The notes under the pieces are model-generated. The model had not been told where the DNA came from. It saw only the letters and a program-made list of their open reading frames with translations, and searched no databases. Shown here piece by piece: positions 12,901-24,936 of a DNA stretch of 64,000 nucleotides (its first letter is position 1; the number at the start of each line of letters is the position of its first letter). The position numbers and the translations under genes are program-made. This DNA comes from Octopus bimaculoides (taxonomy: Eukaryota), in the NCBI RefSeq assembly GCF_001194135.2, contig NC_068981.1:40778965-40842964 (forward strand), given 5' to 3'.

Positions 12901-15900
12901 TCAATCAGAAATATTTTTGCAAAACTGTTGTATGTGGGACTTACTACACTTTTGAAAAATGCTAAACCATTGTACTACACTTTGACAATTTTCATATCTT
13001 GACATTTGAAGCAGCTAGAGATATGATAGTTTGAGCAAAAGAACTGGCTATTGCATCATCATCATCATCATCATCATCATTTAACATCCTCTTTCCATGC
13101 TGGCTTGACTGAGGGCTGGCAAGCCAGAAGGCTACACCAGGCTCCAATCTGATCTGGCAAAGTTTCTACAGCTGGATGCCGTTCCTAATGTCAACCACTC
13201 CGAGAGTGTACTGGGTGCTTTTTACGTGCCTATAGTAGAAAGGATTATTATTATTATTATTATTTGTTGAAGACAAGTGGCAAGGAAAGTAGTTGGGTGC
13301 AGGAAGAGTGTTGAGTAAACTAATATTAAGTGTACAATATTTGCTGGCAGAATAATCAAGTGTATCAGACAAAATGCTAGTAACGTTTCTTCTTGCTCTT
13401 TACATTCTCAGTTCAAATACTACCATGGTCCATTTTGCCTTTCAACCTTTTGGGGTCAATAAAATAAGTACCAGTTGAGCACAGGGGCCGGTGTAATTGA
13501 CTTACTCTCCCTTCAAAATTGTTGGGACAACATTAGATAGAATTATTATTAATGTTATTATTGAAAGTTGATGTGACGGTTAGGTCTTTCAATATAAAGT
13601 TATTAAACTTTAGATATATCTACTCTTCTTTTAGTGGGTGTGTGTGTGTGATTTAATCTTTGATATTTCTTTTCTAGATCAATCTCTGCAATTATTGGAG
13701 CCATTCGCCATATACTTGTAGCAGAACAGAAGAAATCCGATTTCAAACCAGACTTGGAAGCAAATATGCAAATGCGTTCTGAGGTAACTGTTTACAAACG
13801 ACAAAAACGTTTTCAAAAGATGTCAATAGTTTGGTTTTACTTTAGACATGGATAACCAGAACAGAGTGGGAAACAGAGAATTATGCTGGAGATTAACTCC
13901 CATACCTCTACCCTTTGTTATCTTTAGAACAAGCCTTTTATATATATTTATATAAACACATACACACTCACACACATGCACATAATTTACAAAAGTGATG
14001 ACTAATACTTTCCAAGTGTTAATATTTTATATGATTACTTTTTTCTTCCTTTTGTAGGCATGTGCAAGGACTGTAATTTTCCTACACAGTCAGATTGAAA
14101 GTATTCGGCTAAGTTTAGACGGTAAAAATGTTGATGTTGTTCTTACTGAACTTGGTACACGATTCCATCGTCTAATATTTGAACATTTCCAACAATTTCA
14201 ATACAACTCTTTAGGTAAGTTTGAATTCACCTTTAAATTCATTGGGGTAGAAGAGGATGTGATAGGAAGGAGACGGGGTGATGGGAGAGTGGCAAAAGTG
14301 GGAGTAATGTGTGTGAGAAAGAATGCTACTGAATAGCAACAAGGAATGTGACAGAGTAAGCCTAAACGTTTGCTTGCACTATTGACAAAATAAGGTATTG
14401 TGGTGAAGAATAAATTGAAACATTTAGCATCACCAGTTCAATTAATGTCTGTTTTCCATGCTGTATGGGTTAGACAGTTCAACAGGAGCTGGTAAGCCAG
14501 AGAACTGCATCAGGCTCTAATGTTTGATTTGACAGGATTGCTACAGCTGGATGCCTTTCCTATCACCAACCACTTTGCAGAGGCTAAAGTGATGATAACT
14601 AATATTGATGTAACTAATTATATGTTGATATAAAAATAGTAAAATTAAGGGAAAGTTGGACTTCTTTTAGGACTTGTGGGGAAATTTCCTGCTACAAAAG
14701 ACAATATACTGATGTTATTATTAAGCCCCTAGGTCAACCTTGAACAAGTAGATATTTGATCAAAGGCATTTAAACCATGAACATAGGAGTATCTAGATAT
14801 AAATTAGATGTCATTTCCTTAGATTAATCAGTGTTGATTTTTCTATGTAATATATGAATGATTGATTTTTGTGTTTAATTCTGTTTCAGGTGGAATGTTG
14901 GTTATCTGTGATGTCAATGAATATAGAAAAGCTGTCAAAGAATTCAAGATCCCTCTCATCAATCAGTTATTCGATAAATTACATGCTTTGTGCAACTTGC
15001 TAATGGTTGTACCAGAGACGTTGCAGCAAGTTTGTACTGAAGAGCCATTGGTAAAACAAGAAAATTTCTTTTTTCTATGTTCCGGTTTTCTGTACTGTAA
15101 TTTTCTATTTATGTCTAATTTATTTGAAGCTATCCAACTGCTATTAATATCAGTGTATGTGAAGACAGAGAGAAAAAATATATTTTAAAGTTCTAATCGT
15201 GTGTGTGTGCGTATGCAAAGCATTTAAAATTTCTATAAATCACAATGCCTCTGATTACCTTTCATAGTAACTATGCATTTATAACAAAACCAGGGCTGCA
15301 TCCTCAAAGAACCATTCAATTAATATACAAATCAATATGCTACAAACCACTTGTCAACCAATACTTTATATCTTACCTGTTTCTCCAACCATCGTATCAA
15401 TCAGTAAAATTTCAAACTTAAACTCTGATTGTATTAATTTGACTATCTGAAATGTGTCTGCTAGAATTGCTTGATATTAACTGTTTATCAACTATGTTTG
15501 CCTCAGTGGTCTAGATCAGGGGTCCTCAACCATTTTTTACCAATGGACCACTTTTGATTCTTATTTTACTTGGGTGGACCCCCATAGCCATTCAATGTTT
15601 AAAAAATCCTATTGTATTTTTATGATTAAATATTATTAGGACTTGTGTAAAAATTGTTAAAATATTTTGTGTGTTGTGGATGTATAACCAATTTATTGCA
15701 CATAAACTTTACTGGTCTGAAGCACAATTTTTTTATGGTCCCTGAAAAATTACCATGGATCCCCCCTCCCCCAATTTACTATATTGCATCTGTGGATCCC
15801 TCAAAATCTTATATGGATCCTGGTTGAGAACCCTTGGTCTTCATTAAGCATGCCAGAATTAATAAACATCAACTGTACTGACTTCACTGGAAGCTAGTTG

Positions 15901-16849
15901 TCTGCCAGAATTGGTACCAATTGTGTTTACCTCATTGGTCTAGAAGGTGTCTGCCAGAATTAATAAACATCATGTTTCGACTTCTCTTTTCTGAAAGTTG
16001 TCAACCAGAAATACTAAGGAAGGGCATGCAACCATAGAAACCATGCCAAAGCAAACGGTAGACCTTAGCACAATCTTCTGGCTCACCAGTTCCTATCAAA
16101 CCATCCAACCCATGCCAGTGTGGAAAACAAGCATCAAATAATGATGTCAATGTATTGACTTCTCTAGGTTGGAAGGTATCTGCCAGAATCACTTGCTCAA
16201 ACCTTCCTTCTGATATATTCTTTTACTAGTCTCATTTGTATATTCTATACTGGATCATCACCTTCTAGGGTATAGTCAATTATGTTGATGCCCATTGCTT
16301 ATTTTATCAAAAGATAAATGGCAAAGTGTACCTGGGTAAAATTGAATTTAGAACATAAAACAACATAATCAAATACCACAAGGTACGTTGTCCGATGCTC
16401 TGTTGTTTGATAAGAACTGCTGTTTGTTTAAACTGTATGAGATTTCCAGAACTTGTTTTGTTTATAATAGAAAGGTTGCTGCACTAGTTTTCACATTCTT
16501 TCTTTCTTCTTCTTCCTCCTCCTTTTTCCTATGGCCTTGGTAATAAGCATGACAAAAACAAACATGAGATTTAGATGCAAACAGATAATGCATTTAATAT
16601 CAATACAATATAAAGAGATAGTACATAAATACAATAGAATTGCAATACATATGGCAAAACAATTTCAGACATCACACTGTGTGTCAAAGGTGACATACTG
16701 GAGAAAGAGAGAGTGAGAGAAAAAGAGAGAGAGAGAGTGTGTGTGTGTGTGTGTGGATGTGTGCATGCACAGATATGCTCTCTCTCTCTCTCTCTCTCTC
16801 ACACTCGCACATGCATGCACATACACATACACACATTCACATTCTCCCT

Positions 16850-16920
<71 letters not shown>

Positions 16921-17310
16921 TCTCACCCCATTTTTGTTTCTCTTTGTAGACTGAAATTACTCATGAAATACTTTGAAAATTTAAATTTTTGGTGAATAGG
17001 AGAGGAAAAATGATAAAAGTACTCGAAATAAAGTTTTAATGAACTATGTAACTGCCTACAAATAATCTAGGTTAAAACAGATAAATCTATGCAAATCATT
17101 ATGCTGATAGTGAACATAATAAAATTTCTGAGAAAACTAGTTATTTTTCATTTACACATCAAGCATATTATTAAGATTTCAATATTTTCTTCATGTACTA
17201 ACCCATTTTTCTTTCTATTTCAGGCTGGACTTGACAAATCTGTTATTTTGGCCTTTGTACAACTTCGTGTTGATTTCCGATCATCTAAGTTGGCATCATT
17301 ACTAAAATAA
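1287..17310 (+). CDS. EXOC5: Exocyst complex component 5 (Sec10), 3' 12 coding exons; 5' exons lie upstream of the window
   Basis: Exons 1287-1427, 2195-2271, 3111-3221, 3755-3850, 5061-5211, 7423-7531, 10374-10497, 12591-12677, 13678-13783, 14058-14214, 14890-15050, 17224-17310. All are GT-AG with matching phases and total 1407 nt. The translation has Sec10 hallmarks QRYYNSKNHQKK, GEIFLSQE, EHIDYA, AEQKKSDFKP, LDGKNVDVVLTELGTRFHRLI, GGMLVICDVNEYRK, LHALCNLL and AFVQLRVDFRS. Confidence 0.96.
1639..1960 (-). mobile_element. SINE-like family C (RTE-type 3' tail ending in (GAT)n)
   Basis: (CAT)n-TTTAACGTCC...TCCATGCTGGCATGGG...CTGGATGCCCTTCCTAA shared with more than 10 copies in the window. Confidence 0.75.
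2195..2271 (+). CDS. EXOC5: EXOC5 exon (ETISKKLDSQTDPEQYLTNLYDLYT)
   Basis: ttccag|GAA...AG|gtaatc; EQYLxNLYDLYTR motif. Confidence 0.93.
2639..2718. repeat. (CT)n microsatellite
   Basis: Pure CT run of about 80 bp. Other (CT)n runs at about 25155-25214, 32486-32560, 34381-34442 and 48826-48856. Confidence 0.95.
3111..3221 (+). CDS. EXOC5: EXOC5 exon (TAKLSNDLSKF...HLEAYI)
   Basis: tttcag|G...AG|gtaagg; phase 2/2. Confidence 0.92.
3755..3850 (+). CDS. EXOC5: EXOC5 exon (HEIKFLHERSSLLLQRYYNSKNHQKKKIQSG)
   Basis: ttttag|C...GG|gtaagt; LQRYYxSKNHQK motif. Confidence 0.94.
5061..5211 (+). CDS. EXOC5: EXOC5 exon (FRREFQAV...GEIFLSQE...KRCKV)
   Basis: ttctag|C...GTT|gtaagt; GExFLSQE...LQETKxAFxRC. 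Confidence 0.94.
5455..6400 (-). mobile_element. Degenerate Penelope-like element, 5' ORF region
   Basis: Minus-frame FCSHLSFLSCYLHHLIPRSFCLHFHP resembles the N-terminal 'HLxFLxxCxxxxLIPKGF' segment of PLE ORFs (recalled motif); purine-rich spacer at 5750-6060. Confidence 0.4.
7423..7531 (+). CDS. EXOC5: EXOC5 exon (ISSASDLPSNA...EHIDYAVELGLQ)
   Basis: tttcag|ATT...G|gtaatg; SDLP..NA and EHIDYA motifs. Confidence 0.94.
7720..8163 (-). mobile_element. Dimeric family-A SINE (type-1 monomer fused to type-2 monomer)
   Basis: Two head+core units (7720-7928 and 7929-8163) inside one 13-bp TSD TACAGAAAATAAT (7707-7719, 8164-8176). Confidence 0.85.
8468..9120 (+). mobile_element. SINE family B (CORE-like ACCTTGGGCAAGT motif, internal microsatellite) with two family-C tails nested in its microsatellite
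   Basis: 5' half 8468-8650, nested C-type tails about 8650-8910, 3' half about 8940-9120 ending GACTGAAACAAATAAAAGA. Confidence 0.7.
10374..10497 (+). CDS. EXOC5: EXOC5 exon (IPLADART...QANTLFHLFEKQF...LVPLV)
   Basis: ttacag|CT...CT|gtaagt; QANTxFHLFxKQF motif. Confidence 0.94.
11105..11940 (+). mobile_element. SINE family B interrupted by an RTE fragment
   Basis: B head at 11105; the B 3' end (GCCACAGTCCAATAACTGAAACAAGTAAAA) resumes at 11897 after the insert. Confidence 0.75.
11409..11887 (+). mobile_element. 5'-truncated RTE-clade LINE, 3' end
   Basis: GHVARMSDDRLPKRLLFGEL / SQKKRFKDTLKTSLKAFNID / C-terminal CPHCQRLFQAQIGL zinc finger, frameshifted; 8-bp TSD TACCAACA at 11401-11408 and 11888-11895. 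Confidence 0.88.
12591..12677 (+). CDS. EXOC5: EXOC5 exon (SSPKHSTCLQRKRELRDQLETKIDLGLD)
   Basis: ttacag|C...AG|gtaaat; SSPK..CLQ.K motif. Confidence 0.93.
13678..13783 (+). CDS. EXOC5: EXOC5 exon (SISAIIGAIRHILVAEQKKSDFKP...RSE)
   Basis: ttctag|A...GAG|gtaact; HILxAEQKKxDFKP motif. Confidence 0.94.
14058..14214 (+). CDS. EXOC5: EXOC5 exon (ACARTV...DGKNVDVVLTELGTRFHRLIFEH...NSL)
   Basis: ttgtag|GCA...G|gtaagt; DGKNVDxVLxELGxRFHRLI motif. Confidence 0.95.
14890..15050 (+). CDS. EXOC5: EXOC5 exon (GMLVICDVNEYRK...LHALCNLL...EEPL)
   Basis: tttcag|GT...TTG|gtaaaa; contained in ORF 14862..15188. Confidence 0.95.
15517..15836. mobile_element. hAT (Charlie-like) MITE
   Basis: TIRs CAGGGGTCCTCAACC / GGTTGAGAACCCTTG; 8-bp flanks GTCTAGAT / GTCTTCAT, matching the NTCTAGAN-type target. 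Confidence 0.82.
16718..16919. repeat. Compound (GA)n-(GT)n-(CT)n-(CA)n microsatellite
   Basis: Directly visible; source of the HT/CV/LS-repeat ORFs. Confidence 0.9.
17224..17310 (+). CDS. EXOC5: EXOC5 terminal coding exon (AGLDKSVILAFVQLRVDFRSSKLASLLK*)
   Basis: tttcag|GCT...TAA; FVQLRxDxRS Sec10 C-terminus. Confidence 0.95.
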   Translation, partial: AGLDKSVILAFVQLRVDFRSSKLASLLK

Positions 17311-17545
17311 ATTCTGTATTTTCCATGGCTGTTATATACACATGCAATCTTACTATTTAATTCTCTACTATAATATTCTTTCAGCAATATATATATTTGC
17401 ATGTACAAACTTCAAGAGATTATAGTGAATCTAAGTTTGAAACAAAAATTGTCCAGCTTTTAAACATGTGTTGTAGATATTTAACATTTGTGAGAGCCTG
17501 TGTATTTCATGCGTACCAGTTGTACACTTTTTAAGAAAAGTTACT

Positions 17546-17594
17546 AATAAAATCAATAAAGAAATATTTTAAAAATAAAGAGTTTTTAAATAAA
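17546..17594 (+). terminator. Cluster of AATAAA polyadenylation signals, probable EXOC5 3' end
   Basis: AATAAA at 17546, 17555, 17574 and 17589, about 240-280 nt after the stop. AT-rich context makes chance hits likely. Confidence 0.45.
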
Positions 17595-18039
17595 ATATTT
17601 CAATTTACAGCAGTACATTCTACTCATTATTTTGTAAGGAAACATTTGCTTATTGTTAAAAAATGTTGATTTCTTATACTGTTAAAACTTTATTTAAATT
17701 TAAAACCATCCATTATGACATTTTATTAAAGTTTCTCTATTGTATTTTACACCATAAATACCACTGTATATTGGCTTATTTATTCATATTAAAGTGTTCG
17801 ATAATTATACATTTTATCTATTCTTTTTAACTTTTATCAAGATGAAAGATTATGAGTTGACAAATTATGTACAAGACTTAATGCCATGTTAATGTATTAA
17901 TTTCATTCCTTTAAGTTTGAGTGTAGGCCCAACATTGCTTTACATCTTCTTGTTGATAAACTACTACATGTTTATCTTCATGTTAGCTATGATTGAAGAC
18001 ATTCTGCCTTTGACTGTCCCACTTTTTTGATTATTCAAA

Positions 18040-18447
18040 TTCTGTGGCTTAAGTAGCCCTTAAGTGCATAGTAAGGTTTAGTTGGAGTGCATGAGCAAGT
18101 TGTTTCACCCTAAGATAAAATGTCTTTGAATGGCTGAGTTCCTTTTGAGTGTTGGGCTTCACAGAGGCAATGACTGAGACCTTTGGCATTATGCTGTGCT
18201 TAAGAAGACCCATCAAGCCGAGCAAAATCGCAGTTATGGCAGATACCGGTGTCACGCAAATGGCACCCATGCCGGTGACACATAAAAGCACCCATTACAC
18301 TCTCGGTGTGGTTAGCATTAGGAAGGGTATCCAACCATAGAAAACCATGCCAAATCAAACTGAAGTCTGGTTCAGCCTTCCAGCTTACCAGCCCTGATCA
18401 AACTGTCCAACCCATGCCAGCATGGACAACGGACATTAGATGATGAA
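18040..18447 (+). mobile_element. SINE-like family C copy, sense orientation
   Basis: Reverse complement of the 1639-1960 copy; ends CCAACCCATGCCAGCATGGACAACGGACATTAGATGATGA. Confidence 0.7.
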
Positions 18448-20069
18448 TGTGCATTATTGGGCCCTTCACTCAAAACATGATGTAAAGTGGCTGGCATTCA
18501 GAAGGGCCTCCAGCTGTAGAAACCATACCAAAGCAGACATTGGAGCACAATGCAGTCCTCAAACCTATCGGATCCTGTCAAATCATCCAACCCATGCCAG
18601 TATAGAAGATGGCCATTAAAAGATGATAATTATTATAATGATAACTATTGCAATTTAGCTGTGAGTGAACCATTTGAGCTTTCATGATTGTTGGGTACAG
18701 TGCAACATTATTTAGAAGAGGGATCTCCTACTTAGCTGTCTCATTTAGGTCCCTGGTAAAGCATATTTGAGACTAAGTGTAGTCAGAACAGAACTGGTAG
18801 AGATCTGACCAGTTAATTAGCATGAAATACCCGAGGGTTCAGACATCAGAGATTGTTGAAAGGCAAACTTGCTTGGTTTAAGCTTAGACATGACAGGTAT
18901 GTTGCCTAACCTTAAATCATAATCTTGGCCTTAACTGTACTGTCTTTTCCATTATGTACAAAAAGTACTATCCTTGATCAAGGAAAGTACTTCAAAAAAT
19001 TGTATTGGTATCTTTTATAGAAGATTGTATTTTTATTTATAGGTTTAAATGTTTTGTTTTCCCCCATCTCCACCCTTCCCCCAACAAATCTACTCAGATT
19101 TAATGATCAACTGATTAGCTATTCAGTTCATGTTTTTAAAATGTCCTTTGTGAGATATATTTTATACATTAAAGTCATGCATGACCTATGCAAATAATCA
19201 GTTTACAGTACACAACAAAGAAGTTAATTTTATTATTATTGTTCACACAAATATACTTTTGTCCTTTCTTTTTTCCAGTTTTATAAAAGTTTGATGTCTC
19301 TTAGGAAGTTATTTAATCCCTGTGGAAAATTAAAAATCTATAACTAAAATTAATGACTTGCTCAGCATTTAATTAAATATTCTTTTACTATCAAATCTAT
19401 TAGTATAAAGTTCACTTTATTTCCTTTTTTTTTTTATGTTTCATGAAGAGAGATCTGATGATAATAGCAAATCTGGCTAAGATAACCCTGGCAAAGAAAA
19501 TGTTTTAATGTCATTTAAAAAAACCATTAATTATTCTAAGAATGAAGGGTGTTTTTAAATCCCTATCATACTTTGGTGAAATAGCGAGGGGATAACATAG
19601 TGACATTAAAGCTGGATGATGATAGTTGGCAGAGATACATGAACAGTAAAACAGGTTCAGTAAATGTATTTTTGATGAAGAAGAAGAGTCTGGTGATGGA
19701 ACAACATAGAAATGATGGAAAAAGAGAAACAATTGCATAAATAAAAAGCTAAGACCATTGCACTAATAAAAGACACAAAACGAGCTTGATAAATATCAAA
19801 GATGGTAGTGTTGCTGATGGGAAGATTGTCAGTATATGAGCCTAGTAGCTGTGAGAATAATAAAAAAGTATATTTTCAAATATACATTGAATTGAACAAA
19901 AATCCCATATTGCTTAAGAATGTTGTTACCAATTAGGAATTCAGAGACAGTAAGTTAGTTGAGATTTGGAAGCTTTTTTGTTTACGCAGGTTAATTTATC
20001 AATTCTTTGATTGCTTTTTTTAATTCACACAATTAAAATACAACTATTACCAATTAAGTAGCGACAACT

Positions 20070-20322
20070 CCCTCTTGTTCATCATAGTCCTCCAGGCAAT
20101 AACAGAGGAATTTAAGAGAGGCTGCCCCTGCAAGCTCCTCTATAATGATGACCTTGTTCTTATAGCTGGATCACTATCAGAACTAGAGAAGAAATTTCAG
20201 GTGTGGAAGCATGGTCTAGAATCAAAGGGTCTTTGAGTAAAGCAGACAAATCACAAATCCCTTTAGGTAGATGGTCCTGCTCAATATGTAGAAAGGCATA
20301 GGTAGAAACTCCATAAAATGTA
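20070..20322 (+). mobile_element. RTE-clade RT fragment (same family as 63668-64000)
   Basis: LLFIIVLQAITEEFKRGCPCKLLYNDDLVLIA (degenerate YADD), then LESKGL* and a GRWSCSICRK finger. Confidence 0.82.
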
Positions 20323-20960
20323 CTCTCCTTCATTTTTTACAATGCTCTACCATCTATCTGGTAGACTTGCAAGGCCCCTTCTCCAAAATTCACTTGTCCG
20401 TGATGAAAAATACTCCTCCAGTACTGTTCTGACCTCGTCTACAGAATTCATATATTTTCCGTCCAAACGATTTTGAAGACAGCGGAATAAATGCTAATCA
20501 GATGGGGCAATGTCGACAAATATGGTGGATGGAACATTGTTTCCTATTCAAACTGCTCCAGCCTTTGGAATGTCATCCTCATTGTATGTGGTTGAGCATT
20601 AGATTCAGAAAGTTTATGAGGGACTCATTGACCCAATTGCTGACATTTCTGATGGCACACAGGTGTCGTTGAATGACCAAATCCAAGCTTCTCTGCTAGC
20701 TCCTCAACAGTTACAATGGGATTTTGTAGCATCAGGGTTTGCAGGACATCCTCATTGAGCTCCACAGATCTTCCAGGATAAGGCTCATCTTCTAGGCTGT
20801 AGTTTCTGGCTCTGAATTTCTGGAACCACCGTTAACTCTGGCTTACACATATTATCCAATCCCCATATACTGCATTAATATTCCTCACACTTTCCATTGC
20901 GTTGTTGCCTTTATTGAACTCATAAAGCAAAATATGCCAAATATGTCCCTTTGAAAAAAT
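20312..20960 (-). mobile_element. Mariner (DD34D-type) transposase remnant, internally deleted
   Basis: Minus frames HILLYEFNKGNNA...RWFQKFR...DEPYPGRSVELNED...Q*VPHKLSE and a frameshifted HPPY(S)...SD(Y)HLFR...EGEYI C-terminus (WVPHEL / YSPDLAPSD motifs). Confidence 0.82.
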
Positions 20961-21257
20961 AACTGTTAAAATCAAACTGCACTCTTCAAAACTTGTACTA
21001 AGAATAAGGACAAGGTAAAATTACTACCTGCATTTATAACAAGTTGATGCAGGTAGTTTATCCCGTCCCCCTCCAACTTTTAGTTCAAGCAATTGAAAAA
21101 ACTGAACGTGTGTGTGTGTATGTGTAATATTTCATATACATATATGATGAATTTATATAAACATATGTTATGTATGTATAGATAGATAGATAAGACAGAC
21201 AGATAGATGCCAGCATGGAAGGCAGATGTTAGGTGATGATGATGAGGTTATATATGT

Positions 21258-21611
21258 ATCATCATCATCATCATCATCGTTTAACGTCCGCTTTCCATGC
21301 TAGCATGGGTTGGACGATTTGACTGAGGATTGGTGAAACCAGATGGCTACACCAGGCTCCAATCTGATTTGGCAGAGTTTCTACAGCTGGATGCCCTTCC
21401 TAATGCCAACCACTCAGAGAGTGTAGTGGGTGCTTTTATGTGTCACCCGCACGAAGGCCAGTCAGGCAGTACTGGCAACGGCCACGCTCAAAATGGTGCA
21501 TTTTATGTGCCACCCGCACAAGAGCCAGTCCAGGGGCACTGGCAACGATCTCACTCGAAGATCCCACGAAGGCCAGCCAGGCGGTACTGGCAACGATCAC
21601 GCTCAAAATGG
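21258..21611 (-). mobile_element. SINE-like family C with internal tandem array (runs into gap 21612-22112; repeated at 22124-22520)
   Basis: (CAT)n-CGTTTAACGTCCGCTTTCCATGCTAGC... followed by GCCAGTCCAGGGGCACTGGC units. Confidence 0.75.
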
Positions 21612-22112
21612 NNNNNNNNNNNNNNNNNNNNNNNNNNNNNNNNNNNNNNNNNNNNNNNNNNNNNNNNNNNNNNNNNNNNNNNNNNNNNNNNNNNNNNNNN
21701 NNNNNNNNNNNNNNNNNNNNNNNNNNNNNNNNNNNNNNNNNNNNNNNNNNNNNNNNNNNNNNNNNNNNNNNNNNNNNNNNNNNNNNNNNNNNNNNNNNNN
21801 NNNNNNNNNNNNNNNNNNNNNNNNNNNNNNNNNNNNNNNNNNNNNNNNNNNNNNNNNNNNNNNNNNNNNNNNNNNNNNNNNNNNNNNNNNNNNNNNNNNN
21901 NNNNNNNNNNNNNNNNNNNNNNNNNNNNNNNNNNNNNNNNNNNNNNNNNNNNNNNNNNNNNNNNNNNNNNNNNNNNNNNNNNNNNNNNNNNNNNNNNNNN
22001 NNNNNNNNNNNNNNNNNNNNNNNNNNNNNNNNNNNNNNNNNNNNNNNNNNNNNNNNNNNNNNNNNNNNNNNNNNNNNNNNNNNNNNNNNNNNNNNNNNNN
22101 NNNNNNNNNNNN
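21612..22112. other. Assembly gap (others: 25215-25464, 34443-34452, 41581-41883, 44037-44046, 45317-46166, 49037-49241, 52271-52467)
   Basis: N runs; most abut microsatellites or the 62-bp array. None hides a coding exon, since both spliced CDSs are continuous. Confidence 0.99.
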
Positions 22113-22569
22113 GTTATATATGTATCATCATCATCATCATCATCGTTTAACGTCCGCTTTCCATGCTAGCATGGGTTGGACGATTTGACTGAGGATTGGT
22201 GAAACCAGATGGCTACACCAGGCTCCAATCTGATTTGGCAGAGTTTCTACAGCTGGATGCCCTTCCTAATGCCAACCACTCAGAGAGTGTAGTGGGTGCT
22301 TTTATGTGTCACCCGCACGAAGGCCAGTCAGGCAGTACTGGCAACGGCCACGCTCAAAATGGTGCATTTTATGTGCCACCCGCACAAGAGCCAGTCCAGG
22401 GGCACTGGCAACGATCTCGCTCGAAAATCCTACGACGGCCCCGCACAAGAGCCAGTTCAGGGGCACTGGCAATGATCTCGCTCGAAAAATTTCATGTGTC
22501 ACCCACACAAGAGCCTGTCACCCATACATATATATGTGTGTGTGTGTGTGTGTATGTTAGTCATTATTC

Positions 22570-24720
22570 AGTTTTATCTCAAGATTTCTTGTCAATAGAG
22601 AAGGAGCTGGTTTTTTAACCAAGATCCAAGGCTCCTTCATTGGAATTTCAACATCAACAACAGGGTATTTGTTTATGTATGTATGTATATGTGCAGATTT
22701 GTATGTTTTATGCATGTATTCTCATGCAGATATCTGCATATCTTGACATGCTCATATATACCTAAATGATAAACTTCTGCAAAGTTTTACAGATTTTTAC
22801 AGTTCCAGTGATGGATTGGATTTGTAGTCTTCGAAGTAGCTTTCTCCTTTCTGGTTTTGAGAAGTCAAATTTCTCAAGATTGGTATTTAGGCATGGCGTT
22901 ACATATCCCAGTGCCCTAATAATTACAGGTATAAACCTGAACTTGTAATCTGGATAGAGTAACTGCAGATTTCTTAATAGTTCAGTGTAAGTATTCTCTT
23001 TTTTACTGATCTTCAGCTTTATGTTAACATCCACTGGTTTCCACAACTGTACACAGTTTCTCTTCTCTATCTCAAATCATTATATCAGGTCTATTGTATT
23101 TACATTTTATTGAAGTTTTCACTGGGACATTCCACCAGTACTCCTTTTTATTATGAGTATTTGTGGCTTCCACCACACTGTGCGTTCTTATTTCTTTGTC
23201 CTTGGGGTTATTCTTTTGGCACATCTCATTATACAGTGTCCAAGCAAAACATCATGTCTCATCGGTAGATAATATAGTGATGACATTTTTGGACAACTTC
23301 TTATGATGTGGGTGATATCTTTGGTGTTAACTCCACAAAGTCTGCATCAGTTGTCACATTTTACTGCTTGTCCTGCATCTCTGTCCCTTTTGTACATCAG
23401 GTATATGGTTGATATTTCTTGTTCCTGGATTGCAAATGCATACCCTCCAAAGTGGGAGGTAGTAATCTGGTTGTTGGTTCATGATAGACTGCTTTGGTGA
23501 TCAATGTTACTATTATCTCTGAGCTTTCTATTAACATATTCACGCATGATCTTCTGCTCATATATGCTCATCTTTTTATATGATGATATGTTGTGGTAGA
23601 GTTGTGCAACTTCTTAGGGCATGTATTTAAGGATATCAGACAAGGAATGCTGCTCAAGGAGCTGCCTTCCAAGTCTTATGATGTTATCAGCCTCATGTAT
23701 GCAAACTTGTTCAAAGGATGCACTTCAACACTTGGTGGTTAGAAGATGCAGCTGAAGAGAAATGATACGACATTTAAAGGCATTTTGGATCGATGTTAAG
23801 CCTCTACCACCTTGTTTTCATTTTAGGTAGAAGCAGTTTATGTCACTGTTAATGTGGAAACAATGTGTGCTTGTTAGTATTTTCCAGCTTTTCACATCAA
23901 TAGCTCAGATCTCATCAAGCATCCAATCAAGCAGCGCATGAGAACTGGCACTGCAAACACATTGTGGGCCACTATTTCATTGACTGCAGAGTGTTCCAAG
24001 GTCCAAATTTTCTTATCTCAATTAGAAGCTCAACATCTTTTTACAATGGTTACTTTCAACTGACATGAATTATTTATTGGACAGACATTGTTTGGTATCA
24101 CCAATCTATGTATTTGACTGCAAGATATATGTCATAAATATATACTAGAAAAAGAAGTAGTTAAAAAAATTGAGCCATGTGTCTGTCACACTAAGATTCA
24201 CAGATTTCTTAACTGAGAAAATAACAAATAAAAGTACACTCTGAAAAGGAAATATATAAGATTTATATATGGGTTTAAAAGTTCACATAAGTTATAATGA
24301 TACAATTCAATTATGAAGAGTGTATGGTCAACAGTATAAAATTCCTTGCAAGAATTCCTTACACTGATTCCATGTACATGCTTAGAGGGCTTCCAATTGT
24401 TTTACATAAAGTTATATGTACTGACAAATGGCTCTTTTGGAAGCCAAACATTATAGAATACAGTTATTGGAACTTTTCAAAAAATCAGTAGCATGAGAGT
24501 ATTTTATTCTCAAGAATATTTTCAAGAAGTTAATCAGAGTAGATTAAAGACCTGAGTTAGAAGTTTGTATATGCTCTAGTTAAAATCTACAAAGTTTTTG
24601 GATAGACATGCCTGCAAGAGAATCACCCAAATAATTATATCAAAAAGTAGAGAAAATTAACAGGACACTTAAGGTGTTATCCAGAGTATTTAGAACACCA
24701 TGAAAATGATACTTTTGAAT
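22570..24720 (-). mobile_element. Degenerate RLE-type non-LTR retrotransposon (R4/Dong-like)
   Basis: Minus frames: KQGGRGL; CCHC knuckle CRLCGVNTKDITHIIRSC followed by YYLPMRHD; RLE motif NRPDIMI*DREEKLCTVVE; C-terminal ORF 22762..23046. Multiple stops; 5' boundary approximate. Confidence 0.8.
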
Positions 24721-24936
24721 TCAGCTCCACAAGCTACTGGTTTAGTTACAGAAAATGAAACTGATAAAGCATGAAAATGAGATTGTTAATTTAACCTATA
24801 TTAATATAATTTCCATCTAATTAACCAAAAATTATAATTTGCTTATTTAGTCACCTACAGTTTGATAAGAACATTTACCAATATACCTTGTTTTGCACAT
24901 ACTGTATTCTCTGCTCAATCGCCAGGTATCTTAGAC

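Noticed and set aside
21247-22418. Apparent tandem duplication: 306 bp identical (including the unique flank GTTATATATGT) at 21247-21552 and 22113-22418
   Set aside because: The copies are identical, offset by 866 bp and separated only by an N gap. This is most likely a contig overlap or two haplotypes scaffolded in series; long reads are needed.
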